Positions 60,380 to 64,000 of a stretch of 64,000 nucleotides of DNA are shown here, one piece after another (the first letter of the stretch is position 1; the number at the start of each line of letters is the position of its first letter). Source of the stretch: Phoronis australis. Its lineage: Eukaryota > Animalia > Phoronida. Made by a program: the position numbers and the translations under genes. The DNA lies in the NCBI GenBank assembly GCA_002633005.1, contig NMRA01000037.1, positions 1,358,872 through 1,422,871 on the forward strand, written 5' to 3'. Below the pieces are notes generated by a model. The model was not told where the DNA came from. It made no database searches and saw only the letters and a list, made by a program, of their open reading frames with translations.

Positions 60380-62108
60380 TAAACGCTCGTCTAACAAGTT
60401 GGGCCAACGATAATGACTTATTTAACGAAGCTCAGGCTGGTTTTAGAAAGGGGTACAGTATAATAGACCAAATTTTTACCTTACAAGGAATTGTTCATAA
60501 GTACTTGAGTAAGGGCAGGGGCAGATTTTATGTTATATACGTGGATTTTTCTCGGGCCTTTGACAGCATTTCACATAATTTTTTGTGGAATAGGCTTCAA
60601 AAATAGGAATACTTGGTAGTGTTTTAAAATTGATGAAAAGTATGTATTCAAAGCTAAGAGCGTGTGTAAAAACTGAGCGTGGGTTAACTGACTTTTTAGT
60701 AATAATATTGGTACTCGCCAAGGGTGTATGCTTAGTCCTTTTTTATTCAGCATGTATTTGAACGAGTTTGTTGATTACTTAAGAGAATCTTTAATTAGCG
60801 GAATTTACGTAAATGAGAATGTGACTCAAATTTGTATGTTGCTATACGCTGATGATATGGTTGGTTGTGCAGAGACAGCATTTAAACTACAGCAACAAAT
60901 TAACGCTCTGCATGAATACAGTCAGGATTGGGGTATGAAAGTCAACCTTACAAAAACAAAAATAATGGTATTTAGAAAGGGCGGACCATTGAGAAAATAC
61001 GAAAAATGGCATTTTGGAAATGACAAAATTGATGTCGTCTCATCATATAAGTACCTGGGTATTTGCCTTACACCTAAGTTAGTCTGGACGCAAGCTACGG
61101 AAACTTTGTCTCACCAGGCACAAAAAGCAATTTTTTCAATTAAACGTTTTCAGTCAAAATGTGGACGACTTTCACCGAAAATCGCACTCCAGATTTTTGA
61201 TAAAATGGTATACCCAATCATTAGCTATGTAAGTGAGATTTGGGGATTTAAAGAATACTCTAGTATCGAGCGCGTCCAATTGAAATTCTGTAAGCAATTG
61301 CTGAGTGTTGGAATTAACTGTCCAAATCATGCTGTCCTGGGAGAACTGGGAAGGTATCCAATTTATGTAAATCTGTTTGTTAAACTGATCAAATATTGGC
61401 TTAAATTGTTAAAAATGCCCGCACATCGAAATCCAAAATCTGTCTATGACAAGCTTGTCACATTGGATGAGGCTGGTAGGAAAACTTGGGCTTCATCTGT
61501 TAGGAATTTGCTGCAAAGGTATGGGTTTGGTTTGGTATGGTACAATCAGGGAGTTGGCTGCGAAGCATCGTTTCTTGTCATTTTTGAGCAGCGAATTAAA
61601 GATTGTTTTTTACAAGACTGGAACTTTGTTGTGGAGAATAGCTCAAAACTTAATACATATTTCTCATTTAAAATTGATTTTGAAATGGAATCCTATCTGT
61701 TGCGTGATATTCCATATATCTTTTTAGCAGCTATGGCTAAATTACGTTTCTCCAACCCCGACTTGATGATAGAGAAAGGTAGACATACTCTCGTGGACTA
61801 AAAATACCGTGTGTGTTGTTTCTGTGTGTCCCTAATTGAAGATGAATACCATTTTATATGTGTTTGTAAAATGTACTGCTTTCTGAGAAGTGCATTTATA
61901 CCTGAGTGGTGCTGGCGTGAACCAAATAAACATAAATTTGTAAAACTAATGAAAATGTCGGAGCCCATTGCTCAGATTAATCTAATGAAATTTGTATTTC
62001 ACTCCACTGCTCTCAAGGAAAAGCTGCTCAGCGTTATCCTGTAAATTGTATGTAACATGTGGGCCAAGGCCTTAAATGTTGAAATACATGGATTTGAATT
62101 TGAATTTG
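60380..62108 (+). mobile_element. LINE 3' part: reverse transcriptase plus C-terminal cysteine-rich domain (L2/Crack/Daphne/RTE-X-like), lightly disrupted
   Basis: Motifs QAGFRKG, VDFSRAFDSI, GTRQGCMLSPFLF, LLYADD, YKYLG, IEKGRH and CCFC..IEDEYHF..C. The 3' end carries short (ATTTGA)n repeats at ~62091-62108. A few stops and frameshifts are present. Confidence 0.92.
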
Positions 62109-62384
62109 GGTCATTTGAAATGTGGCGTGAGCAAAGCCTTTACTTCGATATCGTATTTTGTTGTACATGTATTCTTTATCGTATTTTGTTGTATTCTTTA
62201 TCAAATATTTCCATGCAATGCGTTTAGCAAAACAATATTTTATAATCGTGGATATCAATCACATTGTGATTATTACAGATTTGCAAAAATCGTGAAACTG
62301 TTAATACATTAGTCACCCAAAGCAGAAATCTGGCTACATTTTAGTTGCGAGCCCGGGTGCGTGCTACTGGCCCAAGTCGTATTC

Positions 62385-63860
62385 AAAACCCGCCACAACA
62401 GTTTTTTATGTTATCAATAGACGACGGTAATTTAACTTGACCGCCATTCCCACGGCTTCGGGGAGGACGTGTTGTAACAAATGGTACATGAATGTATCAC
62501 GTATGACATGAAAGGTTAACAGGTATGTACGTTTTATTTTGTGGTGCCAATGGTATTTAAATTTACAAATGGCCTCAAGGAACATTACGTTTCAATCGAA
62601 GAAACTTCCGTGGCGTTAATAAACGACTCTTTTGCCTATGATTTTTTTCTCTCTGGCTCTCCAGCCAATAGAAGTGGGTAACCGTAGTGAAAGATAAAGC
62701 CCGTAGTCGTAGGCTGTTCATCTATTTACGAAAAAAGAACCTGTTCATCTATTTACGAAAAAACCCGGAGCTCTGACACCTTCAACACGAATTTCTGTAT
62801 CTATCTGATCGTCAAGTTGCATTTATTTTACAACCTATAAAATTCAGGACTTCGACATCAGCTCTTTAGTGCCAGCGAAGTCCGGCATATTGGTTACAAA
62901 CAATTGCACATTCAGAAGCGCAATACAGCGTTAGTTTAATCAAAGGGTCACAGCTTGCTTTGGCTCTTACTGATTCTTCTGCTCAAAGAAATCCAGTCAA
63001 ACAATAGCGGCCATTCTTATGAAAGTACCTACATGTAGCTGTACACATGGATCGCTCATGTGCCTTGGGTCGAGTATTTAGAAATCATACGAAACGGGAC
63101 GAATCGACTACTGTGGCGCCCACTAATGGCATTACCACGGTCCTTATGGGGTCTTCATGAAACTTGGTGTTCATTTCTACTGAGAAAAATATAACTGACG
63201 TGAATTTTTTATTGTTTTGTGGCTGTGCTTCATCGTCCGCGTCCCAATAAGTCAAAATGGTTGACGAATCACTTTTGGCAGGTGTGTTACTGTGAGGGAG
63301 ACGGGCAGTTTTCTCAGAAACTTAATTTACAATGACACACGAACAAAATTACATTATGAGGTGGCCGTTCGAGGGTATAAAACAAAAACCATCAAGACAT
63401 TTTAAAATTAATTCAGTGAATATCAAGTAAATTGCATATAACCAGTCAAAAAAATTCTACATTAAGAAATAAGCAATGTGAAATAAAAAGAAGCAAAAAA
63501 GTCAATACAGGAATGAGATATACATGAAGAAATAAATAATTTGATTAAAAAAACAAAAGAAAATCATTGAACTTTGGAAGCGAAGCACAATTTTAGCGTT
63601 TATTTTTAAATATAGGTCCCGATGGGAACGATTGTCTTATTTTGACGAGTATCAAAATACTCGTCAAAATACGACGTGTAGAATGAATTACAAAAACAAA
63701 ACAAATTAGATTTCTTTTGCATTTCGAGACATTCGTGAACTTTTAAAAAACTCCTGGGAAGGCAAGACCCAAAAATAAAGCCATTTTGAACTTGAGATGT
63801 CACTTGTGTTATTGATGAAAATTGAGTTCATTAACGGAGACTTGTATTGCAGGTGCTGCC
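62385..63860 (+). repeat. Diverged paralogous upstream region of TRIM copy 4
   Basis: 62385-62870 resembles 27020-27480. 62985-63200 resembles 32303-32690. 63380-63500 resembles 34170-34290. 63650-63860 resembles 34420-34644. Confidence 0.8.
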
Positions 63861-64000
63861 ATGGCTGCCAAACAGTTAGAAGACATCAAAGAAGGCTTAT
63901 CGTGCTCCATTTGTTTTAACCTTTTCAACAGACCGAAGGCACTGCCGTGTTTGCACACATTTTGCGAGAAGTGCATCGGTGATCATGTAGCCAAGACGAA
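63861..64000 (+). CDS. TRIM-NHL E3 ligase, copy 4 (5' part only; runs off the window)
   Basis: TTGCAG/GTGCTGCCATG, then MAAKQLEDIKEGLSCSICFNLFNRPKALPCLHTFCEKCIGDHVAKT. Confidence 0.9.
   Translation, partial: MAAKQLEDIKEGLSCSICFNLFNRPKALPCLHTFCEKCIGDHVAKT

Noticed and set aside
60322-60606. Apparent TRIM-RT fusion or read-through ORF
   Set aside because: It crosses the single-n assembly join, so adjacency is not demonstrated.

Overview
Repeat-rich, AT-rich animal genomic DNA, probably from a marine invertebrate (inferred from the repeat and gene families). It is not prokaryotic: there are no operons, rRNA genes or CRISPR arrays. The only host genes form a tandem array of four paralogous TRIM-NHL E3-ligase genes on the + strand, each with one coding exon (RING, two B-boxes, coiled coil, Ser/Pro/Thr linker, NHL propeller). 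Copy 1 is complete (34645-36789). Copies 2 and 3 are both cut at the same homologous base by a single-n assembly join (55652-57495, 58529-60378). Copy 4 runs off the window end (from 63861). The copies sit in segmental duplications that share putative 5'-UTR exons and show patchwork similarity. The rest is a dense transposon landscape: Helentron-type non-autonomous elements (one carrying about 8 CTCF-like motifs at ~146-bp spacing), a gag/ORF1-only LINE-derived element, two P-element-like excision footprints with 8-bp duplications, a foldback element with an 11-13-bp duplication, a THAP/Kolobok fragment, a Crypton recombinase relic, LINE RT fragments, a tRNA-derived SINE, several MITEs and degenerate satellites. 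There is a 782-N gap at 17466-18247. All comparisons were made by eye; no alignments or database searches were run.
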